The notes beneath the pieces are model-generated. The model searched no databases and was not told where the DNA came from. It saw nothing but the letters and a program-made list of their open reading frames with translations. This document shows, piece after piece, positions 46,053 to 58,666 of a DNA stretch of 64,000 nt. The DNA is from Gammaproteobacteria bacterium (GTDB lineage: Bacteria; Pseudomonadota; Gammaproteobacteria; Ga0077536). A program made the position numbers and the translations under genes. Position 1 is the first letter of the stretch; every line of letters starts with the position of its first letter. The DNA is taken from the NCBI GenBank assembly GCA_963662545.2, contig CAXXLL010000003.1:416001-480000 (forward strand). The letters run 5' to 3'.

Positions 46053-48256
46053 CAGCGGCGGCGCCTACCACGCCGTCCCCGCCCGGACACTGCAACTCCG
46101 GCGGGCTCGAAATCGATCTTGCGCTCGTCGAGATCGACTCGTACTACCACGACCTCCAGCGGTTGACCGATGCGGTATTCACGTCCGCTGGCGCGCCCGG
46201 TCAGGGTGTGATGGACGGCGTCGTAGAGATAGTAGTCGCCGGGCAAACTCGTGACATGTACCAGGCCCTCGACGAAGATCTCGTCGAGTTCGACGAACAC
46301 CCCGAATTCCGCCACGCCCGAGACGATGCCGGCGAAGCGCTCCCCGACCTTGTCGAGCATGAATTCGCACTTGAGCCAGGCGACGGCGTCGCGTGTAGCT
46401 TCCTCGGCGCGCCGTTCGCAGGTGGAACAATGGTTGGCGAGTGCGGCCATCAGATCCTTCGCGTCGTCTGCGACGGGCGCGGCGGCAAGCTCCGCTTTGA
46501 TCGCGCGATGCACGACGAGATCCGGATAACGCCGGATGGGCGAAGTGAAATGCGCATAGGCCTCGAGCGCCAGGCCGAAATGACCGGTGTTCTCCTCGCT
46601 GTAGACGGCGAGCTTGAGACTTCGTAATACAATTGTGTTGATGAGACGTTTGTCCGGCCGCTGTGCGGCGGCCCGAAGCACCTGTGCGAAAGCCTGCGGC
46701 GAGGACGCCGCTTCGCGCGGGAAACGGATCCCGAGTTCGCGGAGGAACAAACCCAGATCGCGCACCTTCTCTTCGTCCGGGTTCTCATGAACCCGGAACA
46801 ACGCGGGTCGCTTGCGCCTTATCAGGTACTTCGCCGCGGCGACGTTCGCCGCGATCATGCACTCTTCGATCAGCCGATGAGCATCGACGCGTGACACGGC
46901 TGCCACGGCTTCGATCTTGCCGTGTAGATCATATTCGAAGCGCGGTTCGATGGTTTCGATATCGAGGCCGCCGCGCGCTTCCCGACACGTTCGCAGCGCC
47001 TGATAAAGTTCATACAGACAAGCGAGACTCTTGGACGCTGCGGCGTTGCCCGCGAGCGGCTTGCGGCGGTCGCCCTTGAGCCATCGATCCACGTCCTCGT
47101 AGATGAACCGGCCGTGCGACCGCATGACGCCCTCGTAGAAACGGGCCCGCCGAACCTCGCCGTCGATACCGAGGTTAAGTTCGCAGACCATTGCGAGGCG
47201 CTCGACATCGGGATTGAGCGAGCAGATCCCGTTTGAGAGCGTCTCCGGCAGCATCGGGATCACGCGATCTGGAAAATACACCGAAGTGCCTCGGTTCAGG
47301 GCTTCCTCATCGAGTCCCGTGCCCTCGCGCACGTAATGCGCGACGTCGGCAATCGCGACGTAAAGCACATAGCCCTTCGCCGTCTTCTTCGCGAAGACGG
47401 CATCGTCGAAATCCCGCGCATCGGCGCCGTCGATCGTGACCAGCGCCAGTTCGCGCAGATCGCGGCGGCCTTCGCGATCACGATCGCAAACGCTGGCGGG
47501 TGTGTCCTGCGCGGCTGCCAGCACGGCCTGCGGCCATTCGTTCGGCAGGCCGTAACTGCGAATGGCAATGTCGATTTCCATGCCGGGCGCCATCGACTCG
47601 CCCAGGACTTCGGCGATGCGGCCGATTGGCTGGGTACGGTGGTCCGGTTGGTGCTCGATAGCGGCGACGACGATCTGGCCATCACGCGCATCGCCGCTCT
47701 TGCCCTGCGGAATCAACACGTCCTGGTTGAGGTGACGGTTGTCCGGAATCACAAAGCCGATGCCGCGTTCGCGGTGATAACGGCCGACGATCTGAGTATT
47801 GGCGCGTTCGATGATTTCGACGAGATTGCCATAGGGGCGCTGGCGCCGGTCCAAACCCGCTATGCGTACCAGCACCTTATCGCCATGCAGGACGCGGCGG
47901 GCCTCGCGGCGGGCCAGGTAGACGTCTTCCCCGCCCTTGTCCGGGCGCACGAAGGCGAAGCCATCGGGATGGGCGAGTACGCGGCCGCCGATGACGTCCA
48001 TACGGCTTGCCACGCCAAAGCGCGAGCCGCGCGTGCGCACCAGTTGCCCATCGCGGGTCATCGCGAGTAGCCGCCGCTTCAAGGCATTCAGAGCCGGCTT
48101 GTCCCACACGTCCAGGCGCTCGGCGAGCTCGCCGAACTTGCACGGTGAATCGGATGCCTCGAGCATTTGCAGGATCGCTTCCCGTGACGGAAGGTCGGCG
48201 ATATGAACGTGTTCATCCACTGAAATTTGATGCGCTGGGCGCTTGCGGGGGCTCAT
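46052..48256 (-). CDS. rnr: Ribonuclease R
   Basis: HPDGFAF, TIDGADARDFDDA, LIEECMIAAN, HFTSPIRRYPD, S1 domain, basic tail; ATG at 48256. Confidence 0.97.
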   Translation of the reverse strand: MSPRKRPAHQISVDEHVHIADLPSREAILQMLEASDSPCKFGELAERLDVWDKPALNALKRRLLAMTRDGQLVRTRGSRFGVASRMDVIGGRVLAHPDGFAFVRPDKGGEDVYLARREARRVLHGDKVLVRIAGLDRRQRPYGNLVEIIERANTQIVGRYHRERGIGFVIPDNRHLNQDVLIPQGKSGDARDGQIVVAAIEHQPDHRTQPIGRIAEVLGESMAPGMEIDIAIRSYGLPNEWPQAVLAAAQDTPASVCDRDREGRRDLRELALVTIDGADARDFDDAVFAKKTAKGYVLYVAIADVAHYVREGTGLDEEALNRGTSVYFPDRVIPMLPETLSNGICSLNPDVERLAMVCELNLGIDGEVRRARFYEGVMRSHGRFIYEDVDRWLKGDRRKPLAGNAAASKSLACLYELYQALRTCREARGGLDIETIEPRFEYDLHGKIEAVAAVSRVDAHRLIEECMIAANVAAAKYLIRRKRPALFRVHENPDEEKVRDLGLFLRELGIRFPREAASSPQAFAQVLRAAAQRPDKRLINTIVLRSLKLAVYSEENTGHFGLALEAYAHFTSPIRRYPDLVVHRAIKAELAAAPVADDAKDLMAALANHCSTCERRAEEATRDAVAWLKCEFMLDKVGERFAGIVSGVAEFGVFVELDEIFVEGLVHVTSLPGDYYLYDAVHHTLTGRASGREYRIGQPLEVVVVRVDLDERKIDFEPAGVAVSGRGRRGRRRR

Positions 48257-48296
48257 TGACTCACTCAGGTGGGTTCGGTAGATTGCGCACCTCTTT

Positions 48297-48383
<87 letters not shown>

Positions 48384-48454
48384 ACGGCGCACATCCTCTC
48401 ACATCCGCTCACTAGCCCCAATAACTTTTTGCCGTAACGAGTTTTCTCAATACC

Positions 48455-48478
48455 GTAGGAGCCCGCTTGCGGGCGAAT
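48455..48478 (+). repeat. Solitary GTAG-type REP-like palindrome
   Basis: GTAGGA-GCCCGC-TT-GCGGGC-GAAT matches the GTAG REP architecture. Confidence 0.6.
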
Positions 48479-48664
48479 CGAAATCTACCTCGTAATTCTG
48501 AACGCCTATTCAGGATTATTAGCTATCTCAACTTCCGTACAAAGCAATTGCACCGTTATCTAAACCACCTGGCCGTTATTTCGAGTTACGTGAATGGACG
48601 AAGTGCGGCAGCGCGTCTAAGCATTTGTCATTTGCTGTTCAGCGAACTTATCTGATAGGCCGAG

Positions 48665-50023
<1,359 letters not shown>

Positions 50024-50498
50024 TTAAAGAGTCCCCTCCGCCCTGATTTCGCTGAGTTTCCGGCGCCGGTTTTACGCCGGGCGGCTATTCTCATGAACAG
50101 ATTCTATGTTGAAGCACAAGCCTCAGGGTATAAATCCACGTTGAAATTATTGCGTGTCCTATTACAGGAGCAGTGTTTCAGCATGAGACAGACGATCTTC
50201 GGTCTCACCGTAACGACCGACAAGACGATTAAGGCTCGACGGACTAATTGGATCTAAACCTTCGATATTTGGGTTAAGCAGGCCCTTGCTCTTCGCCGCG
50301 TTCGCATGTTCTTCCGGAGATGCCGCTATCTTTCCGTTGATAGCGCGCCTATACTCCGCCGCACGCAAGGTGCCAACCGGTCGGCGCCGATGTCTCGCGG
50401 CCGTCTCCCTCCCCGAAAGACTCCCCTCGAACGCTTGATCTACAACACCGCCTTGACCGGCCCCGCAAAATAACGGGTAGGCTGGACCTGGAGAATCT

Positions 50499-51845
<1,347 letters not shown>

Positions 51846-51948
51846 TTCGCGCTTCAACGAATTCGCCAGGAATGGCAAATCACTACCGCGTTTTGTGTGT
51901 TGGCTCACCGGTAGTGCATCTTTTGATCAACACACGCATGAGGAATGA

Positions 51949-52242
51949 ATGATGATGAATCTTTACGTCGGCAACCTGCCGTACAGCGCCACCGAAGAAG
52001 AACTGCGCACTGCCTTTGCCGCTTTCGGAGAGGTGTCCACTGTTACCCTGATCACCGATAAGTTCTCCGGCCAGTCCAAGGGCTTCGCCTTTGTGGAAAT
52101 GGAGGATAACTCTTCGGCTGACGCCGCGATCAAGGGTCTGAATGAGACGGCCATGGGCGGTCGCAACATTAAGGTCAACCAGGCCAAGCCCCGTGAGAAG
52201 CGCCCATCCCGTGGTGGTGGTGGTGGCGGCCAGCGCTGGTAA
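51949..52242 (+). CDS. RRM (RNP-1) RNA-binding protein with Gly-rich tail
   Basis: RNP2 LYVGNL, RNP1 KGFAFVEM, IKVNQA. Confidence 0.95.
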   Translation: MMMNLYVGNLPYSATEEELRTAFAAFGEVSTVTLITDKFSGQSKGFAFVEMEDNSSADAAIKGLNETAMGGRNIKVNQAKPREKRPSRGGGGGGQRW

Positions 52243-52250
52243 ATTCCCAA

Positions 52251-52294
52251 TTCATCCCCCCCCCCTCCCCGCGATCGCGGGGGGATTGAAAAAA
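52251..52294. terminator. GC-rich hairpin between convergent genes
   Basis: ccccgcgatcgcgggg palindrome (52267-52282) next to an A-run. Confidence 0.4.
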
Positions 52295-52417
52295 CGCGGA
52301 ACTCCGGGATGTGATTTCGCGGCAGGCATCGTTAGGTTTCGCCGGCGTGCTCTAAGCGCGCCTGGGAAGTAGCGGTTTAATTTCCGCCCCCCACCGCGAT
52401 TACTTCGGCGGTGCTGT

Positions 52418-55153
52418 CTACAGACGCTCGGTCACGTCCGCTAGCCGGTCGGCAAGGATGACGCCCAGATTACGGTACAACTGCGCCGCGATCTGCGGAT
52501 ATCGCGCCTGGATGCGATCGAGGCAGGCATTGGACAGCCTGAGCAGCCGGGCGTCGGATTGCGCATGCACATTCGCAGTCCGTAATCCGTGAAACAACGC
52601 GACCTCGCCGATGAGATCCCCTCGCTTGAGCCGCCGCAGAACCTGCTCGTTTCCATCGCGGGGCACGGAAGCCTCGAGTTCGCCGTCGATGACGACGTGG
52701 ATGTCGGTACCCGTGTCACCCAGGCGCAGGATGTGCTCGCCGGCGTGAAAGGTCTCGAAGCTGCCGAGGATCGCGGCGATCCGGGCCTGGCGGTGGGTGA
52801 GGCCGAAAAAGAACGGAATGGTCTTATGCGGCGCAGTCCCGAGGTCGACCGCCAGCACTTCCCACAGCGTCACGAACCGCAATCGGCCGCTCAGGGCCGG
52901 CGTGAAAGTCAGATCGACGATCCAGGCGACGAGCAGGGTCGCCGCGGCGAGGCCGCCGAATTCAATCTGGCTGCGTAGTTCACCCATGGTCAGAGTCGCA
53001 AAGCCGAGACAGAGCGCCAAGGTGGTGAAGGTCACCGGCCGGATCACGCTCACCATCGCGCGCTCGATGCCGAGCGCCTCATCAGCCACGCGGCGGGCTT
53101 CAGTGTTGAAGCGCGACAGGAAATGCATGGTGTCATCGACCGCGATACCGAGCGCGACGGCGGCGACGAGGCTGGTGGCGAGGTTCAAAGTAACCCCTAG
53201 AAGGCTCATTAGGCCGAAAAAACAGACGATGGGCAGCAGGTTGGGGAACAAGGCAAGCGCGCCGATCCGCGCGGAGCCGAACAGCAGGATCAGGATCACG
53301 TAGATCACGGCCAGGGCGCCGACCAGACTCGTAAGCTGACCACGGATGATGTCGTCCAGCGTGCGTGAAAGCAGGGCGGAGCTGCCGGTCACCTCACCCC
53401 GCAAGTGCCCCGGCAGTTCTTCGAGCCGGCGCTCGATACGCCGGATCAGTCCGCCCAGATCGTTGGTCGATACGGCGGACGTGCGCACGTGCAGCAGCGT
53501 GCTTTCATACCGGGGATCAGCGACGCGCCGGAGGTCGTCGCCGTTGGCGAAAAACAGCAGGTCTTCCACGCCATCCCGTGAAGGCGGGATCGATTCACCC
53601 GCTGGCGCATCCGGCTCAAACGCTCGATGCAGCACGCCGATCAAATCGACCAGACTCGTGGCAGCACCGACCTCCGGCTGGGCTTCGAGCCAACGTTCGA
53701 GGTCTTCGATGGTGCGCAGATGCACGGGGTCCTTGAACGCACCGGGCAGATCGCTGCGGATGAATACCTGTATCGGTACCGCACCCGAGAACTCCGTTTG
53801 GATCCGCTCGAAATTGCGCCGCACGGGGCTGTCTTCCGGAAAATTACTCAGGTAATCCGTACTCACTTCCAGTCTCGACGCGGCGGCGATCGCCGCGATC
53901 CCGATGGCGGCACCTACCAATAGAATGACGTCGCGATGCCGAATGTCGAACCGCGCGAGCGCGGGCGCGAAAGCGGTTAAGAAATCCGTCTTCGAATGGT
54001 CAATAACGCGTACCGGCCCCACCAGCAATCCGGCCGGGATGACCAGCAATGCAAACAGCCATCCGAACAGTGTCCCGAGTGCCGTGTAGATGCCGAATAG
54101 TTTGATCGACGCAATGGGACTCGTTGCGAGCGAAGCGAATCCGATCGCGGTCGTGAACGCCGTCAATGTCAATGGCAGGAAGACCTCTTCGACGGCGCTT
54201 ATGACTGCCGTCTTTTTGTCCGTGCCAGCAGTGAACATGCGATCGAATTCGTTGATGACGTGGACCGCGAAAGCAAAACCAACGACGAAGATCACCGGCG
54301 GCATGATCACGGTAACGAAATTGAGCGCATTTCCCGCCTGGGCGAACAGTGCCAGGGTGGCGAGGAGCGCGAGCCCGGTCGCCGTGAGTGGGAAGACGAC
54401 GCCGCGGACGCTGCGCAAGGTCAGCGCGGCAACAAGCGCTGTAGCGAGAATCGCTAGCGGGAGTGTGCTGCGTACGTCACGGAATAGGATGCGGCTGATC
54501 TCGAGCCGCGCATGGACAGGCCCCGAGACGAACTGCTCGATGTCGCCGCTCTCCTCGCGCGATGCCTCGCCGATTCTTGCGACGAGTTCGACAAGCTCCA
54601 TCGATCCCAGTGCTGTATCGAAATGCACGGCTAGCAGCACGCCGTGCCCGTCGGGCGAAACCAACCGACCGCGATAGACCGGGTTCGCGACCGCGTCCGC
54701 CCGCAGCGTGTCGAGCGCGGCAGGGTCCGCTGGAATTCTGTGCAGAAACCGATCGATGCGGACCGCGCCGTCTTCTTCACTGACGCTGAGCGCGGTGGCC
54801 AGGCTGTCGACCCGGCGCACGCCGTCGAATCGTTCGATCCGCCGCGTGAAACGCTTTAGTCGCCGCAGTATGTCGGCGGTAAACAATGCGTCGCTGAACC
54901 AGGCGACGAGCAGGATGTCGTCACCACCGAAGCGGTCGCGCACTTGCTCATAAGTCGCGAGTTCCTCTCCGCTCGTCGGCAGCAGTCCAACGAGGGACGA
55001 GTCGATTTCGAGTTTGAGTTCGCCCGTACCGAAATCGAGCAGGCGCGAGCCCGCTAGCAGCGCCAGCCCGGCCGCGGCAACGAGGATTAATCGCGGGTAT
55101 CGAGTAGTGAAATCATTCAGACGCGTCCGCACCGGCCCGGTGTTCCGCGTCAA
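52418..55153 (-). CDS. MMPL/RND-family transporter with C-terminal cyclic-nucleotide-binding domain
   Basis: Two RND halves (LTAFTTAIGFASL; GIAVDDTMHF), then GDLIGEVALFHGLRTANVHA cNMP cassette. Confidence 0.9.
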   Translation of the reverse strand: MTRNTGPVRTRLNDFTTRYPRLILVAAAGLALLAGSRLLDFGTGELKLEIDSSLVGLLPTSGEELATYEQVRDRFGGDDILLVAWFSDALFTADILRRLKRFTRRIERFDGVRRVDSLATALSVSEEDGAVRIDRFLHRIPADPAALDTLRADAVANPVYRGRLVSPDGHGVLLAVHFDTALGSMELVELVARIGEASREESGDIEQFVSGPVHARLEISRILFRDVRSTLPLAILATALVAALTLRSVRGVVFPLTATGLALLATLALFAQAGNALNFVTVIMPPVIFVVGFAFAVHVINEFDRMFTAGTDKKTAVISAVEEVFLPLTLTAFTTAIGFASLATSPIASIKLFGIYTALGTLFGWLFALLVIPAGLLVGPVRVIDHSKTDFLTAFAPALARFDIRHRDVILLVGAAIGIAAIAAASRLEVSTDYLSNFPEDSPVRRNFERIQTEFSGAVPIQVFIRSDLPGAFKDPVHLRTIEDLERWLEAQPEVGAATSLVDLIGVLHRAFEPDAPAGESIPPSRDGVEDLLFFANGDDLRRVADPRYESTLLHVRTSAVSTNDLGGLIRRIERRLEELPGHLRGEVTGSSALLSRTLDDIIRGQLTSLVGALAVIYVILILLFGSARIGALALFPNLLPIVCFFGLMSLLGVTLNLATSLVAAVALGIAVDDTMHFLSRFNTEARRVADEALGIERAMVSVIRPVTFTTLALCLGFATLTMGELRSQIEFGGLAAATLLVAWIVDLTFTPALSGRLRFVTLWEVLAVDLGTAPHKTIPFFFGLTHRQARIAAILGSFETFHAGEHILRLGDTGTDIHVVIDGELEASVPRDGNEQVLRRLKRGDLIGEVALFHGLRTANVHAQSDARLLRLSNACLDRIQARYPQIAAQLYRNLGVILADRLADVTERL

Positions 55154-55995
55154 CGGCCTCTTTTGAGGGACGACCGTGAGAAGAAGGAATCCCGGATCTC
55201 GGGGTCGAATTCGATTCCCTCGATCGTCAAGATCGTGCGGCTGCCGTCGTCATGATCGTGCATCACCATCTCATAAGGGACCCAACGCCCCCCGCTCTGC
55301 CGGATTCGCTCACGCTTCGCGATCAATGCCTTGACGGGCTCGTCTTGGTCTTCAAAGAACAGGGTCTTCAAGGGCACGCATTGCTCGCGATCGATATAGG
55401 ACACGATACGTGAATAAGTCGATCCGCGATCGTAGGCGGCTTGAGGGTCCCGTGGCGTCGATTGCAGCACCATGACGGCGCGCTCGTCAAGCGTTGCGTC
55501 TTCGAGCCGTTGGATGTTGTTATCCGATGTCGTCCCGTAAAAATGGGAGAAGTCTTCATAGCTGAAATCCGTGCCCAGCAGGTCGCCGGACAACGCGGTG
55601 ACGGACAGCAGTCGGTCACGCCGCTCTCTCGGTTGGTACAGAACGACTTCGGGTTCTCGGAACTCGCTAGCCTCTTTTTGCTCGCGTTCGGTCAAAAGGA
55701 CGATCTTTCCCTGGTCCCGTGGTGGCGCAGTGAGGTCAATGCGCGCCCGTACCCGCCCATCATCGAATCGTTTCCAGGCGAGTTCCGCGGCGAAATCCCT
55801 GATCGTGCCCTGGTCGTCGACCACGGCCATGCTAATTTCCTGACGCATCGTGTGTTCGGGCAGAATCCGCTCGCAACACGCGCGGGTTTCCGCATCTTCG
55901 ATGCGGACGCAATCGGCGGCCCATGCAGCGTCACCGCCACTCAAAGCGATCAACAACAGCGTTAACCCAGCGGTGCCGTTGCTGTTCGCCATCAT
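55150..55995 (-). CDS. Outer-membrane lipoprotein-sorting (LolA-like) protein
   Basis: Signal peptide; LLGTDFSYED, YSRIVSYIDRE, FFSRSSLKRG; coupled to the MMPL gene. Confidence 0.82.
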   Translation of the reverse strand: MMANSNGTAGLTLLLIALSGGDAAWAADCVRIEDAETRACCERILPEHTMRQEISMAVVDDQGTIRDFAAELAWKRFDDGRVRARIDLTAPPRDQGKIVLLTEREQKEASEFREPEVVLYQPRERRDRLLSVTALSGDLLGTDFSYEDFSHFYGTTSDNNIQRLEDATLDERAVMVLQSTPRDPQAAYDRGSTYSRIVSYIDREQCVPLKTLFFEDQDEPVKALIAKRERIRQSGGRWVPYEMVMHDHDDGSRTILTIEGIEFDPEIRDSFFSRSSLKRGR

Positions 55996-56155
55996 GGCGT
56001 CTCGGAAAATTATATGATTCATTTACCGATGCTACATCCTTATGCTCAGCATACCAATGCGCGCAGCCATCGTGTCTGTCTCCCATTTCGGAACAGTAAT
56101 TTAGAATACGGTCAGTCACCCCATATTCGGATCGCCTAACGCGGAAGAAGATCAC

Positions 56156-56631
56156 ATGGCAGGTCGGATCGACAAGCGGCTGGAAGAGCTCGACATTACG
56201 CTGCCGCGGGCGCAAAAGCCCGTCGTCGCCAAGATCAAAGGCGCTTCCATAATCGGCAACACGCTCTACGTCTCCGGCATGATCCCCCAATGGGAGGGCG
56301 ACGTGCGCTACGTGGGCACGGTCGGCAAGGAATTCACTATCGAGGAAGGCCGCGAAGCGGCGCGCTTGAGCGCACTCAATGTCCTGGCCCAGGCGCGTGT
56401 CGCGCTTGACGGAGACCTGGATCGCATCAAGCAGATCGCGAAGGTCTCGGGTTTCGTCAATTGCACGCCTGAGGTCGCCGAGGTGGCGGCGGTCGTGAAC
56501 GGGGCTTCGGAGTTGTTTCTCGAGGTATTCGGAGAACGCGGCGAGCATGCGCGGATCGCGGTGCGGTGGGTGCCGCGACGATGCCGCTCGGGGTGGCGGT
56601 GGAGATCGAGGCGATCATGGAGATTGAGTAA
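56156..56631 (+). CDS. RidA/YjgF-family protein, apparent frameshift near the 3' end
   Basis: LYVSG, KVSGFVN, VVNGASEL, HARIAV. A 5-nt duplication (gcggt) near 56560 shifts the frame of GAATMPLGVAVEIEAIMEIE*. Confidence 0.85.
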
Positions 56632-56885
56632 TGAAACCAGCTCACGACAACCCCGCTCACCCCGTTGGATTCCCGGTTCCGGGACGGAAGCCGCCCGTGC
56701 GACCGCCGCGCGAGCCGATGACCGGGCGTTATTGCCGCATCGAACCGCTCGAACGCGCCAGACATGCTGCCGTTCTGCACGAGGCGAAGTCACTCGACCC
56801 GGGCGATTTCGACGAAGCCGGCCGGCAGCGCCTGCGCCTGACGGACCTGACTCGGCCTCTCCTCAAGCAGGTCGCTGCCGCTTGA
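56631..56885 (+). pseudogene. RimJ/RimL-like GNAT acetyltransferase remnant with internal deletion
   Basis: N-terminal PVGFPVPG..P.REPMTGRYCRIEPL...HAAVL is fused directly to C-terminal LDPGDFDEAGRQRLRL; the catalytic core is absent. Confidence 0.7.
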
Positions 56886-56893
56886 TTCGGCCT

Positions 56894-57406
56894 TCAATTT
56901 CCCGCGAGACAATTTATCAATTCGACGTTCTCGAGTAAGGCATTGATGGCACCCGACATGGCGGCGTTGATATGAGCCGCATTCTCTTCGGCGAACTGCG
57001 CGAAGAAAACCTGCTCTTGGGAAACTCCGCGATGCACGCGATCGTACTGCGAGACCTTGTCGTCGATGCACTGTCCGCGCAAGGCCGATTCCCTACGTAG
57101 CGTGCCCGTCACGATCCCGGGAACCACCGTGTAGCTCAGATTCACGACCTCGACGCGTAGTTGCCGATCATAGGTCGCGCGTACCGTTTTGCTGACGCTA
57201 AACCCTTTCGCGCTGAGGCCTTTCGATACCGCGGTTACCAATGATTTCCGTTGAGCGCATGTCTACGACCAATACCGAGATTTCCTTTCCCTCGGCAACA
57301 GCTGCCTTAGTCGCGACGTGGGCCTAGGGACGCAATTAGAACTTTTGAGGCGTTAAGGCGCACCCAGCGCACAGGCTCACCAAGGCAAACATCGAGATCA
57401 GCTTGC
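56894..57406 (-). pseudogene. YajG-like lipoprotein pseudogene
   Basis: Lipobox LCAG-C ALTPQ, then TAA and TAG stops, VVDMRSTEIIGNRG, and a frameshift to GLSAKGF...INAAMSGAINALLEN. Confidence 0.6.
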
Positions 57407-57417
57407 AAGAGGAATCG

Positions 57418-57462
57418 TTGGTCAAAGACAAGCTCATTGCTCCGTCTCTCCTATCGGCCGAC
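57418..57462 (+). pseudogene. N-terminal remnant of ribulose-phosphate 3-epimerase
   Basis: RBS gagga, then TTG-VKDKLIAPSLLSAD, matching the Rpe IAPS(I/L)LSAD start; similarity ends abruptly. Confidence 0.5.
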
Positions 57463-57802
57463 GTCAGCCCAGACCATCATTTCATCAAAAATTTAACATG
57501 GACCGGCTTATTCGTGGTTCGCCTGCTGCCGCGCGAAAAAGATGAATGTCCCCTTTGTTCGTCGTGCTCTGGCGCGCAACGCCGTGCGGGCAGCATATGG
57601 CCGGGGTCGCCGAAATGCCGCATGAGCAGTGCGGCGGGATCCCCGTCCATGGCGATGTTGTAGACTGCAATGCACATATTTTTGGCGTCAAGTTTTCTTG
57701 CAAGCTACGATCATCGCTGCCACTTATCCTTCTCGATTCGAGCGACGGACGTCCACCTACAGACGATAACACTATGCTGCAGTCCCGATTAAAACGGAAC
57801 AG

Positions 57803-58666
57803 GTGTTGGTCGTGCTTGATTTAACGGACGCGCAACGCGGCGCCTTCGACGATGACGGTTACGTGGTCGTGAAAAACGTTTTGAAAGAAGCACTTATTCC
57901 TCCTCTGCATGAACGTTACGAACGCCTGTTTCGCGGCGAATTCGAAACCGGTCTCATGCCCGACGAGGTCAACTGGCAGGCGGGACGCGACGACCCCTCA
58001 TTGACCCGGCAGATCTGCAACGCCTGGAAAGCCGATCGCTGCCTTGCGGCGGTGGTCCTGCGCCAAGACATCGGCCGCGCTTGCGCACGACTCGGCGATT
58101 GGAACGGCACGCGCCTCAACCAAGACAACGTGTTCTGGAAACCGCCGGGCGCCCGCGCCATCGGCTTCCATCAGGACTCGGCCTACCAGGATTGGGTCGT
58201 GCCCGGCGATATGATCAGTTGCTGGATCGCGCTCGATGAGACCTCTGCCGAGGGCGGCACGGTAGAATACGTGCGCGGTTCTCACCGGTGGGGCCGCGGG
58301 CCCCGAAACGTGGAATTCCACGCACCTGAAGATCCGTTCGAGGATGTGCGAGCGGCAGCGAAAGTCGCGAAGATCGACGAACCTGAAAGAATCGCGATCG
58401 AAGTTAAGGCCGGCGACGCCGTGTTTCATCACGGATGGATCTGGCACGGATCCGGACAAAATCGGTCGACCGGACGACGGCGGTCGCTCGTGACTCACTG
58501 TATGCCGGCCGAATCCCGGTTTCACCCAACGCGGGTCGGGCCGATTTATGGACGCTACAAGCGCTTTGGCGAAACGGCTATGGATGAATCGTTTTTTCCC
58601 ATCACCTGGCGCCACGACGGGTATCGCTCGGCGTTCATCGAGGCCTTCCTCGAAGGCGGCCACTAA
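57803..58666 (+). CDS. Phytanoyl-CoA dioxygenase (PhyH) family Fe(II)/2OG enzyme
   Basis: FDDDGYVVV, KPPG, FHQD (HxD), WIALD, VRGSH, HGSG.N....RR. Confidence 0.92.
   Translation: MLVVLDLTDAQRGAFDDDGYVVVKNVLKEALIPPLHERYERLFRGEFETGLMPDEVNWQAGRDDPSLTRQICNAWKADRCLAAVVLRQDIGRACARLGDWNGTRLNQDNVFWKPPGARAIGFHQDSAYQDWVVPGDMISCWIALDETSAEGGTVEYVRGSHRWGRGPRNVEFHAPEDPFEDVRAAAKVAKIDEPERIAIEVKAGDAVFHHGWIWHGSGQNRSTGRRRSLVTHCMPAESRFHPTRVGPIYGRYKRFGETAMDESFFPITWRHDGYRSAFIEAFLEGGH

Noticed and set aside
50024-50498. Short ORFs between gdhA and rhlE (e.g. 50162..50368)
   Set aside because: No recognisable motif or RBS; may be a remnant but cannot be supported.
56156-56938. 260-aa RidA fusion protein
   Set aside because: Caused by a 5-nt duplication; the RidA C-terminus continues in another frame to TAA at 56629-56631.
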